Shown here in pieces: positions 1-13,517 of a stretch of 52,758 nucleotides of DNA. The translations under genes were made by a program, and so were the position numbers. The stretch is from Octopus bimaculoides. Taxonomy: Eukaryota. The stretch lies in the NCBI RefSeq assembly GCF_001194135.2, contig NC_068986.1:26163742-26216499 (forward strand), read 5' to 3'. The notes below the pieces were generated by a model. That model was not told the origin of the DNA. It searched no databases and saw only the letters and a program-made list of their open reading frames with translations. Positions within the stretch are counted from its first letter, which is position 1. Every line of letters begins with the position of its first letter.

Positions 1-758
1 TTATAGTAGTAGAAAGCAGCAGTACAATTAGACAGAAGATAAACTAATGATTAACTAAAATGATGTTTTTAAACCATGTTTTAAAAAATTATGAGGGGGT
101 TATATAAATTGTAAGATTTCAGATTTTAATGGAAAGGAAACTATTTTTTTAAAAACTTATTTGATTATTTTAAGATTTGAATCTATTCTGATAGGATTTA
201 TTGCAACTAACCTAAATACAATAACAAAAATGATGAAAAAACAAAAAAAAAAAAACAAAAAAAAACACCCCACTACTAGTATATATTGCAAGAGGTATTT
301 CAATGAATAAAAAAAAATTACCATGAAGAAATCAACTGAAGGGGTGGTTCAAAATAAATTACTAAATATTTGTTGTTCTAGTAAAATAAAAATATCAACT
401 TTAAATCTTTCTCCCAACAAAAATTGAAAGTCCTAAAAGGAATGAATTGATAGAAATCATTTCTTGAAATTAGTTCACAATTATGACAAGAATGTGGAGA
501 GAGGTTCAACAGAAGCTTTTCTGTCTTCTTAGCCAAAGCTAGTCAACAATTATTGGGATAGCTATTTGTCCCTAACTGTTTCTTGTAGCACATAAGCAAG
601 GCGGCCTTACAAGACCATCATATCAAACACTTACTGGAAAGTAATATCAATTTTCCTCTGTTAAAATACTGGAAGTGATATGGTAAATATTAAACTGAAA
701 TTTACAAAGAAAAGTTTCAAATAATTCTACAGTACACAAAAATGTGCATACCATCCAC

Positions 759-760
<2 letters not shown>

Positions 761-793
<33 letters not shown>
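761..793. repeat. (AT)n microsatellite
   Basis: Direct reading. Confidence 0.95.
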
Positions 794-797
<4 letters not shown>

Positions 798-3700
798 GTA
801 TGCATGTGTATGCTCCTATATAACAAAAATATACTCTTTATATTTCCATAAACATTCTACTCAATATAAAGAAACAGAAATGGATTAAAGCAAGTACACA
901 ACATCAAGAGAAAAATGTTCTGAAAGAGGTCAAGTTTTAGAAGCTTGGGAATTCAAGATAAAACAGTTAAAAGACAGCATTTTAATGTGTTCAATCAGCA
1001 ACAGTGTGAAAAGTAACGTGCAAGGTCATGCATCAACAGTTAAAATACTGACAACATAGACTACAGTGCAAGGTCACCAGAGTTACAATATGCTACAAAC
1101 TGCATTTTTAACAGTGATGTGGTACCTGATATCGTTTACCAAAATGAAGAGTGCCCAAAGTCTGTAGAAAACAAAAAAACAAAAGGAATCAAGTCAAAGA
1201 CACAACACAAGGTGTAGACTAAATGAAATGAAGAGATCTACAGCATACGAGTGATATATTTGTTGACAAGAAGCCAAAACAAGTTCAACTGTATGATGCC
1301 TTGACAATATAGTATCACCAATTATAGTAATAAAGTGCATTATTTGTGAGATTTCATAAGACAACAACATGCACAAAGACAAATATTAGAACAAATTTCC
1401 TTTCTTGCTAAAATTTAAATAGATTTTTATGCCATAACATTATTATTATTTTTTTTTTTTTCACAAAAATATTTTCAGAATAATTTTGAGTAATTCTCAC
1501 GCTAATTAAACATGTATATAAAGAGAGTTTGGGACTTTATCCCACTGAAAGCTACAATAAAATTATAACATGGAAACACTAACTTGATAAGTAGGTTTGT
1601 TACTATTTGAAGAAGACCAAAAAACTTCATGCTAAGAAAGAGGTTTTTCAATGAATAACTCGTTCTATATGGTGTAATCACTAAAATTAAGGGGAACATA
1701 TGCGTGCCTTATGTGTGTATGCAAATACATTATGTGACTCTCTAAAATATAAAACTAGAATGGATGGACGACTGAAAAATTTGAAAGGTTAATGATGCAG
1801 TAATTATTCTTTTAAAAGTTGGTAAATAGAAAGAGCTGTACTAATATAAAATACATCCTTTGAATGATTTAATCATGAACAGTAAGACTTGTTCTGTGAA
1901 TATCAGTACCAAAAAGAAAATTGTAAATTAAACAATGAACTAAAATGAATTTTTTGCTTCTGAATTAGAGGAGTGTTCTATTGATTTGATTTGAGAAGTA
2001 TTTTAGGAAGCGACAATAATCAAAAGATCCAAGTGATAGAAATAGAAGATAATTACAAGGTTTGAAAAGTTCTGAAAGTCTAAAATTTTTATAGAAGTAA
2101 TAGTTGCACACAGCATATCATTTCATGTGACGAACTCCTCCAAGAATACATTTATGATGACTAATTTTTTAATATTTTGGTAAAACAAAACTAAAAACAA
2201 GATTTTAAAGAGTCAAGAAAATATGAAACAGTATCCCAATTTAATTAAACTGCTGATGAAAATGGAATAGTAAAGAAAAATAATATATTTCTTTATTTCA
2301 AAGGGAAATAACAAAAGAAACTCAGACCAATAATGAATAAAAACTTTAGGTTATAAACTAAGATCTAAGATTTTAATGTACATAATTTGAGACAGAAAAA
2401 GAGAAACCATCTCACTGATATTAGTGGGTCTCTGAAATTGTCTGAAATTGGTGCTTTAAAGAACTTTCAGGTATTTGCCTAAAATCAAATATGTTGGCTT
2501 TCCTACAAGGAAAAACAGAAATTTGTTTTAATGAAGACGACAAACAATAGGAATCAAATAGTAAGGAATTCTTAGTCAAGAGCAACTTGTTTTTGCAGTA
2601 ATCAAGACGGAGATTCCCATCCAGGTAAGTCGACTATTTGTTATATATCCAAATATAGTTAGAAATGAGTGCTGCAGTGTTTCAGAAAGAGAACAGTGGA
2701 GTGGTTTCTTCATCTTCATTTAGACAAGGTGACTATGATTTAAAAACAAGGGAAAATAAGAGTGGTGCATTCATTGGAACCCCAACATTAGCAATATAAC
2801 TGAAAGATACTATTGAGAATCAAAACTAAATTCCAGATAGTTGGTAAAAAGTACACCTACACTAAAAATGTGTATGTGTGTGTGTAAAATAAAAACCATA
2901 AATTCTAAAGGAATGTTTGTAGGACATTAAAAATAGGAATAATAATTTCTTAGGCACTAGAGTGAGAAGAAATAGGTACTCGACTCAGTACATTACTGAT
3001 ATTTATTTTATGTATTAATATGTCCACTAACTGTGTCCCACCTCTCCTTTCTCATATCTCTACCACTTGTATCCAACTACCTCTCCTTCCTCTTTCCTGT
3101 CAAATCACAATGCTTAAGAGGGAAGGGGTTGTGCTCTGACAACTTTCCTCACCCTCTCTGATTCTGTCATCACACACTTTTGACATGCTCTGACCCCTTA
3201 TCATCATCATCTTATCTCTCCTACACACACCACTCTACCCATCCATATAACATAGCACTGCATCTCTTCCTCCTTTCCTGATACCCTTATCATTCTAACT
3301 CTCTTTCACTAATCTCCTGACACTGCTTTTTCTCCTTCCTATTACTACTGGGCCATCTTATCACATCACTTTACCCACCATGTATAACTCAGGGTGCACT
3401 GCATTACTCCCCCATATCCTACCCCCTATCTCTCTCACACACATTTTCACTTTCCTTCCCATTACACCCTTCCCTAACAGTCTTTGTTAGTTGCTACCCC
3501 CCACCCTCTCAACAATAAACCTGTGTAATTCCAATACAATCTGTCTAAGACCCTGATGAACAGCGTAACCTATGCTGGCATAACAGACGGACTGAACCAC
3601 CCCATCACTGGTATCACCTACTCAACCTGCTCCATTATCTTGTCCACCCACCTCTCCTTCATACTAATAATACCTGACATTACTCTTCCCCTTCCATCTG

Positions 3701-4618
3701 TTTCTATTATACTCACTCCAACACTGTTCTCCGTTATTCTCTCCATCACCATCCTCTCATAATAAATCTGTTCAATCCAGTACAGAGGATCTTTCACATT
3801 GCAAACTGCAAGGTGACCCTCAACAGTGATGGTGCCACAAAAATCACCCATTACACATTGTAAAGGATTGGTAATTGATTCAAGTTGCGACAAGGCAAGG
3901 CTTGAGAATGTTCATTTGTCTTGCTAACAGCAATTCCACCTCTATAGTGCTGGTGCCATGAAAAACGGAGTCAGTACACACTGTAAAATGGTTAGTATTA
4001 TGCTAATACTGAGACATTGGAGCAAGATGTGATCCTCTAACCCAGTGAATCCTGTTAAACTATTCTACCCATAAAAGCTTAAAAGATGGATGGTTGATGA
4101 CGTAGTGGAAGAGATAAAAGAAACTTGCAATATTGATCTTACACTCTGAAGTCCAACAATCTACTCTAAATACTATTTGCATGAGGAACAGAGACATTTT
4201 AAAATCCATGCTGGAACAGACTGGCTTGGTTATATGACAATTAGTAATTATTGCTGTGTGAAAGTCAATTAATTAAATCTATAAATTAAACATCTATGAT
4301 GTTAAGGTGCTGAACTAGAGATCATATAATCATACTTCACACCTTAACATAAACATTGCACCGAATTACTGGGCAGTACCTATAACTGTCTCATAATTTC
4401 TGGCTGACAGCAGTATCACTTCTACTTCAAAGTTCAATTTTGAAGTGGGATGGGCAACTAAATGAAAAATAATTAATTGCATCTAAGTGAAAAATAATTG
4501 ATTTCTATCTAAAAAGTTGTGTTAGTTTCTCAACTTATTTCTTACTCACAACTTTACACTGAATAGAGTTATACATAACATTTTCATCTCTAGTTGCTAA
4601 GGATTTTATGCACAATTA

Positions 4619-4780
4619 TATACAAGGTGCTGAAAAATTCCTGGCTTTGGGTAAAAGAAAATACAGGAGGATCAGTTAATTATTTTATTCAACACATTCA
4701 CCTCTCAGTTTCACACACTTATTGCAGCAGTCTTTCAGTTTTCCTAAGCCCTGTAAAAGAACTTGGAAGGTTAGGCTTTC
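4619..4780 (+). mobile_element. Truncated mariner-like MITE (one end only)
   Basis: Starts tatacaaggtgctgaaaaattcctggcttt, which resembles a mariner-type TIR. The second TIR was not found. Confidence 0.45.
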
Positions 4781-7704
4781 AACATTTGTTCTTACTGACC
4801 CCTATTTTATGGCTGCTACTGTATGTATACACACACACACACACACATACATACACATACCAATGCACACGGACATCTCATATTTTACTTTTTATTCTCA
4901 GAGAGAAACAAATGCTTCCAACAGAGGTTACATTACTCAAATTATTCTTCTATCTCTGAATCTTAATCATTCTCCTAAACAGTAGATCTTATCTACAAAT
5001 TCCAAGATTTTTACCCCACAGTTTTCAGCTAATTTTAAAATTTAATAGGAATCTTCAATGTTCAATTATAAAACAAGTTGTAAAACTGATACAACTGATA
5101 TTCTCTTTGACATGTTGATGGTTATTACAGTTAATTTGTATTAGACACCACTACTTGCCTTAAAATTTCAAAAAAAAAAAAAAAAAAGGAAGAGAAAGTC
5201 ATATGAATCTAGGTTTCAATTTTACCAATTAAACCCTCATAATCATCGGTAAAATGTCTTATTTGATGGAACCAGATTCCCAAAATTTACACACAATTAT
5301 TTTGCAGGAAATGTTTTCTCAGATGTGAAATATTTATAAAAATAGACCATAGTAATGTAAAGGCCCAACAAACTTCTAAAGCTAAACCAAATTTGTTTAA
5401 TGCAAGGCAGTCTCTTCCGTGAATCAAACTCTTGCTCATGTCATAAACTTAATATGTTCTGTTATATTCACACTAATATATTATTTGATATAGTTTTGTG
5501 TGTGTGTGTACTGTTTTGCAATCAGTGTTACGCAAAACTAGCCAATCAAATGTGGTTCTAAGGAAAATAACCTCACAACCTAATTTGTTGAGAAATTTAA
5601 AAATCCTGAAACCAAAATAAACAATTAGGAACATTTTTCTTTAAACAAAAAATGAGAAAAACTAATTAACATTTGTAAAAACCTAATTAGTTTTCTTTCC
5701 AATCATATAAAATACAGTAAAAGAAAAAAATCTCAAAACTAATTAAAAGCTATTGGTAGTTCGTGTAAAATCTCCATAAAGCACTATTCTATAAAATTAG
5801 AGCATAAAATGAGACAGAAAATCCTTGAGGAAATGATGATGCGTTACTATGAATAGCCATAAATGTTAGGAAGAAAAACATCAGAGAAAATGGAACTTGA
5901 AATTATTTTGAGATCAATTAGATCAGTGGTCAATTTTAGAAACTATTGTATATAATTTGTATTAGCTTTCACACAATCAAACTCTCTTTCGTAAATATTA
6001 GAACTGACCAGTACTTTGTCAAAACTATGTTTGTGGCAGCATTGTCAATCAATGAACTTTGTAGTAAAAACTTTTAGATTTAAGTAGTATCACACACACA
6101 AAGACTGTGAAATATTTATGAAAAATAAAAGTCGAAAACAAAAGTGGCTGATGTGTTCATATAAGAGTTCAGTTTTCTATGAAAACATAACCTCAAAGCT
6201 CATAGTAACTAGTTTGAAGGAATTTTCATTGGAGCATAGATATTTGAGGTTGTAGACAAGAAAGATACAGTAATAAAAGGAAATCTTTTGCATATGCAAC
6301 AGTCCATCTTAAAAACTTACAGCTTAAGGAAAATAACAATAGAGTGCACTCTCTTTAGAATGATTTGTTTGAAAGAATTTAGTGTAGACAGAATAATGTC
6401 CAAAAGCAAAACTACTATCTTCTTTCTTTTATTAGGATTTAAAATTGTTAAATATTATCTTGTTTGAAATACCTAATCCATAAAAATATTCAGGTCAACT
6501 TGACTGAAAAATCTCAACTATATATTCTCTTGAACAAACTTCACACTTTATAATGAGAAATTAATCTTTGATGGTTAAAAGCCATTAGACATGAAAGCAA
6601 AAGAAATCCATGTCACCCACAACTGAAGAAAGTCATTGCCAAGCACCCTGTTCTGAAAGGAGGGCAAAAAAGAAACAACAGTAATTATCAGTAATATAAC
6701 AAAACAATACGCTGCCCAGTATTCATAAACATTAAAATCAGTGAACTTTGTAGCAAAATCTTTTAGATTTAACTCTTTTGATACCAACTTGCCTAAAACT
6801 GCCTCTGACTGTCTTGTTTTCAAAAGTTCTGAATTAAAATCTTCCACCAAAACTTGCCCACAATTTATGTTCTTAACACTAGCTTAATGATAACTAAGTT
6901 ATTTTACTAAATTCTTATATTTAAAATTAATTGAAAGAAACACAGAACATCTCAACAGAAATATGGTAACAAAAGGGTTAAGTAGTGATTTATAAAAATA
7001 TAAACAAACTAGTTTCTGTTATTAATGTACTTAAAATACTAAGAAACTAATTCTTGCTATCATCTGATCATTCTAAAAATAACCATAATCCCTTTCTCTT
7101 GTGAAAAGTTTTTAAAAAAATGAAAAACCAATAAAACAACACATATATTGAAGTAAAAACAATAGAGAAATCTAATATCAAAGAAGCTCGAAGATATCAA
7201 GACGGCTGCTAAGTGTAACAGATAAGATTAGAGGATTTTAAAATATTTTCAATTTAGACATGAAAATAAATCTATGCAATTTATATTCATAAAAATTCTA
7301 TATCAATTAAACTCAACTTTTAACAAGAATTTGATTAATATGATATTTTACAATTGAAAATGTCATATTAAATTTTATGGTGTGAAGAGACTTGTTCTGT
7401 AGTAAACTACAAGCATATAAAAGAAAAAAAAACAAGCAAAAAATAAAAATAATTTGGGGGAGAAATAGAAACAAAGCAACAAATATAAAAAAAAAATACA
7501 AGACATTTTATCTGTGATAGTAAATTGAATGCTTTCAGTTGTTTCTCCATTCAGCAGCCTGATATATATATATATGTATATATGGAGAGAGCAATATATA
7601 TATATATATATATATTTATATTTGCAACAATATAAAAGAGAAAGCAGTAAAAGCAAAAGTTGAAAAATAGATGTAGTAGTTGGCATAGAGGCCTGCATAC
7701 CTAC

Positions 7705-7749
7705 CTCATAACTCTCAGCTGGCACTGAAGATAGCTCTTTATCACCACC
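7705..7749 (-). CDS. Candidate 45-nt cassette exon GGDKELSSVPAESYE within the PTB region
   Basis: ttattctccttcattctcctggccag|GGTGGT...TATGAG|gtaggt. Phase 0-0, no stop codon. Confidence 0.55.
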
Positions 7750-10700
7750 CTGGCCAGGAGAATGAAGGAGAATAATAGGCTAGAGAATAACCAGTAATAA
7801 TAGACAAAAGTTGATGTTTCTCATCTAGACCAGAATGCCCATGGTCAGGTAATCAATTTGAACTATCAACTAAAAGATAGCCCAGTTTCAAGAAAAACAA
7901 TAGGTTAGCTAATAGTCTGTTTAATTGCTAACCCAAATATTTAATACATACCTTACTAGGCATTCAGAATTACAAAATAATTTGAAAAGTAACAAATTCC
8001 TTGAAAATAATTTATTTTTGTGGGAGGAGTTACATAAATTATTAGAATAGTATATTTTATTACTATTCTAATAGTCTATGAAGGTATTCTGAGTGAATAA
8101 TGAATTATCAGTTGTAGGCATAAAAATTACATTTTGATAGTCCGACAATTTTGCAAAGCAGCTTCATATGAGTGTCTCTAAAATATATTTAACTGAGTTC
8201 TGATGCAAATAATAGCAGTTGCAATTTAATAGTTGGTATAAAAACAAAAAATAATCTGTTACTACAACTGAAGGGATAATTGATAGAACTAAAAAGCTCA
8301 GAACCCAACTAAGTCTAGCTTATATTGAAGTAATAAACAAATTTAAAAAAGAAGAAATGTTTAATAACATGAAAAATTAAAATAAACCATTTAACTGCAA
8401 TATTATATGATACAAAAGACAGGATTTGCAAGAAGCAAATTGACAAAATTTTGTCATAGCATTCATTTAGCTTCCATGGTTTCTTGAATGTATGACTGAG
8501 ATAAAGAAGCAGGGTATATTTTCTTTCCTAATTAAAAGACATAAAAACTTACAGACTTAGTATGAGGAACCTAACATTTTTATCATTAATTAATGAAGAC
8601 TCTATTGTCAACTGATAAACTATGAATTCATGAAATAAGCTTAAAACAAATTTTTAAGCGTGTGAGACTTAATGAGATCAACAGTAAAAATATTAGCAAA
8701 CAATGTCAGTAATAATTACTTAGGTTTTAGGAGTCAAATTTGTAAGGATTCAGAATTGGAAAGCAAAGTAATGTGTTTGCAAAGCAATATTGATTAGAAC
8801 TGGAAAGTTGGTCACAGACAGATTCATTGAAAATCTGTTGCCTAAATAGGACATTCACTACAAACTATATTAATAAGGGGAAACTTATAAAATTCTGTTT
8901 TGCTTTCTCTTTATTTGTCTATTTGTATCCTCAGTTTGAGGTGGCAAATTATCAAAGTCATAAGAATGTCATTAGTTGGGTTGCCTTGTTCAATTCATTC
9001 TGGCTCTCTGTGTTAAAATCCTATTGAGATCAGTTTTACCTTTCATCCTTTCAATATTGATAAATAAAAGTAATAATTCAATATTGAGCTGATTCTTATT
9101 TCTCTTTGTCAATCTCACTCTTTCTCTGACAGCACATGTAATTCAGAGATCCAGCCTTGTCATAGACCGACATACTGATTTGACATGAGAATTATAGTAA
9201 CGATACATATGCTTATGGAATACTCTATCAGTTGCAAGTTTATTTCACAAATAAGAATGCAGTTGATTAAACAACACTGAATGCTCATTGTCAAAAGAAT
9301 TCACCATCCTATGCATATGTTTAGAGAAGTAAAACAGCTGAGTTAATAAGGGATGACTTTTGAGGAAATATCAAATCTCAAGTGTGTGTGTACATTGGTT
9401 AAGTGAGTTGATGGTGTTTCACATTTTCTATTTTTATTACTATTACATACTGTATTTTGTGAACAAAAGTGTTATTGGTTTCCAGCAAGCCATTCATCAG
9501 TTCACTGCATACCTTTATTTAACCAAGGACATGGTCCAAGTGAAACTGAAAACCTATTCTTTAATGTTAATTATATTGTTGACATCAATAAGATGAGTGT
9601 TATGAGAACATTTAATTTTATATTTAAATGTACTTTCTGCTACTGAATAAAGTTGAAATAATACTTATTTTGACAGCCAGGTAAATGGAACCAAGCATTG
9701 TTAGGGGCTTTATACAATATTAGCAACAAGGAATGGAAACTGGACAGTAAAGTTTGAATCTATTACTATGAAGTCAATAATTTTCCATCTAAATATCACA
9801 GCCATTGGGCTCTGTCTTTTCTGCTTTGTCAATAGATTCAACAATATTTTCTTTGCATTTAGTCAGAGCAGCTGTTTTTTTTTTTACATTAGGTTAACCA
9901 TCTTACTGTTAGCCACTATGACTGTGGTTAATGTGCCTATGTATAACAAACACTAAATATAACAAAGTTTTAATTTACAATGAATTTTATTTCAGCCATA
10001 TTTAAAATAGATTAAAAGTAAAAGCCTTGTACATATTACAAAACCTATAAATAATAGCCTTCAACTTTTTGTGCTAGTACAACTTTAGGATAACAATTAT
10101 TTCTTTATTCTTTATGTATAATTTTGATTTTTTACATGGGCACAAGACCATGGATTTTAAGGTTATAGTAGATTAAGTCAAATGTACTACTTGACAAGTA
10201 CATGTTATATCAAATGAAATTTGAACTGAGAATTTATGGGGGGAGGGGCAGAGAGAGAGAGGGAGATCTGTCATGAGCCCTATGACTCAAAGTCAGAGCT
10301 TAACCAGTTTCTCATGGCTTATAAATGCACGAGATTACAACACCACCCACTTCCTGAATGGGATGCTGGTCCACCACTGGGTTAACTTCCCAGCTATTGT
10401 TAGAACTCATTTACAACTGAGTGGACTGGAGCAATGTGAAATGAAATGCATCACCTGGTCAGAAAATCAAAACCATGGACTTGATTGAGTACACACCCTA
10501 TGCACCTTCACCCCTAACCAATAGGCCTTGCACTTTCACAAAACATAATTGAATGCAATTAGATACCTTAAAGTATTTAATATATCACACAACAAAATCT
10601 ATTAGCTAGTGCTTTCAGTAAACTTTAGTGGTAGTTTATAAATCTCCAGCAAGACTAGTGTTTTAGGGAAAGCAGTATAGTAGATTTTTATCAACTCAAA

Positions 10701-12589
10701 AGGATGAAAAGTGAAGCTGACCTTGAGGAGAATTAAATTCATTACATACAGAGAAAGAAATAAATGCAACAAGACATTAAGTTAAGAATTATAACTAATG
10801 ATTTCTAAATACTACTAATAAAATAATATGCAACTTTCCTAATAATTATTAGGCATGAAATTTAAGATTTAGTGGGAGATGGAAAACAGAAAATTGTCAT
10901 GCTCATGCCTTTTCCAAGAACAATATCAATGGTAAGTAAAAGAAAGTCTCCAAAATGGAAATCAAAACTAGGCTATGTGGTTAGGTTGCCAGATACATGC
11001 CATGGTGATGATACTACTACAGAATTATTGAAGGGAGGGGAAAAGGTCATGCTGTTCAATTACAGAAAAGAAACAAAAAGCTCTTTTCTCTCAGTATTGA
11101 GCAGAACATGTAATGAAAAGGGTTGTATTAAAGAGTGAAATGATAAAGGGAAATAAAAGAAGAAAACTAACAACACATTAGGAAATTAAGAAAGGCACCA
11201 CATATTCTAAAAATATGTGAATCCTAAAAGTCACATTGAGAGTTAAACAGCGAACAGAGCCTTGGTAAAACTCTTTTGGAAAAATAAAAGAGGCCCATTA
11301 ATAAATAATGGACACTTAATTTAAGAACATATATATAGCTATCAATTACCAAATAATTACTAAATAGTAATAGAATTAACTCTTAGAGATAATTTATGGA
11401 TTACAAAGGATGAACCAATTTTACCATATTCTTGGTAAAATTTCACAAAAAGTCAATGAAAAAGAAAATTTTTGACTTGAGTATGAAAGTTCCTCACAAA
11501 TATATATCTTAGATTTAAGGCTTCTTTGTTTAGAATATTTCCAATACCAGTCATGAAGTAGTCAATAATTTTAGAAACATGTTCACTTGAAAACACTTGT
11601 AATGATAATCTGTAAGTGTGTGTATAGATTGAAAAAAAGAGTAGAATGAAAGAGAGTATTATAAGTGTTAGAGGAGTATATTATGATTGGCTTTGATGAT
11701 TATAAGCATTTGCAACAGTAAACACCGGTCAACAAAGAATTTCCATTGGGGAGTATATTTGAGTGAACCAGAAAGTACTTCTGAAGCTATCTTCAGTTTT
11801 TCAGAACATATAGTTTTTGAGATCAGACCAATTGTATTTTTTTACAGTTAGATTTTGAAATATTTTGTATTTTTTAGAATAGTCAATCAGATCATTACCA
11901 TTTAATCAACATTCCTCATAGATGTAAAAATCATCCAGAACTTTTCTACTGTTAAAGAAATTCTTAAAAATAAAACCCAGCTAAACTATCACAAAAGATC
12001 TATGTATATACTAGATATAGTTTGGTTGCTGTATAGGAGACCAAGAAAAGCAGTGGGTACCACTTAAAATCTGCACTGTTTGATCAAGTGGACTATTTGA
12101 ATGATTAAAGAAAAAAAAATCAAGAAACAATCAATGCTTTGCCACAGACAATGGAGTCATGTAACAAAGGATCACTGTTAAATGCAACTGGCCAGTAAGG
12201 TCACCATGTGTCCCATGAATAAACAGTTTCAAATCTGTCCTCTTAGTTGACCCCAAGAAGATATTTTTACCATGTATCCATATTATATTTAATTTAATGA
12301 AAGATTTTGTAGAAACAGTGGGTAAAATTAATTCAAAAGGATTTGAATACCATTCCAAGGAAAATTTCCAGATGTGAGTGCAGCAAAGTTAAAAGTGTGG
12401 ACTTTTGTGGGGCTGCAGATCAATGAGGTTTTAAAAAAGTACTGAATTTGAACAAATACTCAATACACTGGAATTACCAGCTTGGAAAGCTTTTGAGTGG
12501 TTATGTGAAAACTTACTGAGAAATAAATTCCCTGTATATAGAAGTGTGATTGAGAAACTCCTTGACACCTATAAAGAAATGGGCGTAAT

Positions 12590-12745
12590 CATCATCATCA
12601 ATTAACATCCGTTTTCCATGCTGGCATGGACTGGATAGTTTGACAGGAGCTGGTTAGGCAGAAGACCGCACCAGGCTTCACTGTCTGCTTCAGCAGGGTT
12701 TTTACAACTGAATGCCCTTCCTAACACCAACCACCTAACACTTCT
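12590..12745 (-). repeat. Short interspersed repeat, LINE-tail-like family (catcatcat...ttccatgctggcatgg...atgcccttcctaacaccaacc)
   Basis: Shares motifs with copies at ~17030, 19055, 24290, 33610, 42640 and 45180 in this window. Confidence 0.7.
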
Positions 12746-13454
12746 TATATTCTCATTAGATTTCTTTCTAGAAAATCTTGATGCCATTTGCAAAGAGTAC
12801 GAAGAATAATTCCATCAATATAGTTATGTAATGGAAACTTGAAAGCAGGGATTTTGGAATGGAGGCATGATAGCTGACAGTTTGGGGATACTCTATCATG
12901 ACAACTCAAGTAAGTTTATATGAGAAAAGATCATATTCACAATATTTAAAAAAAAACAACTTTTCTAATGTATATTCTCCACAAACATGTGTAGTGTATT
13001 TAATTGAATCTACCATATAAAGGTTAAAATTAATTATGTTTGAATTAATCAACTGTAGGCTGTTTCAGTTCAAGTGATATACAAATTCTGCAGAAAATGT
13101 TATTTAAAATACCGTAAATATTTTTAAAAAATGAGATTAAAAAAACTGTTACAGTCCAAAAATGCTAAAGAAAGATTTAGAATTCCTGCCAAGGATGCAA
13201 TTGGATGCATCTCTGAAGAAAAACTAGTTTATTTTTGTTGACCAGTGTTTGCTAAGATATAACAAGTACCTTTAATATTTATTCAATCAAAGGGGATCAT
13301 ATGAATGAAAAACATGTATCAGTATGAAATATACATAAAAATTCATTAAATGACAATATATTTCTCAATTTCTCACTCATTCTTATATAAGTTAAAACGT
13401 GAGATATTGACATTGTACAGTTCTATATTTAAGAGATGAAGAATTATTTTCATT

Positions 13455-13517
13455 ATTTACATTTGACGGATATTTGTCAACAAACAAGATGAGGACAAAT
13501 ATCCGTCAAATGTAAAT
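13455..13517. repeat. Perfect 24-bp inverted repeat (15-nt spacer) made of two ends of the Penelope-like family
   Basis: atttacatttgacggatatttgtc (13455-13478) / gacaaatatccgtcaaatgtaaat (13494-13517). Confidence 0.9.

Noticed and set aside
1194-1382. ORF containing VDLFIS, resembling the X11 PTB motif EVDLFIST
   Set aside because: The surrounding residues do not match the family and no fitting splice sites were seen; likely coincidence.
3040-3900. Pyrimidine-rich stretch with ORFs, considered as a LINE endonuclease remnant
   Set aside because: Only a weak, short resemblance. Probably an old unclassified repeat, but the family cannot be supported.
6575-6850. 91-aa minus-strand ORF, briefly considered as a hAT transposase C-terminus
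   Set aside because: No convincing hAT dimerisation motif. The start is TTG/GTG-type and the composition is consistent with chance.
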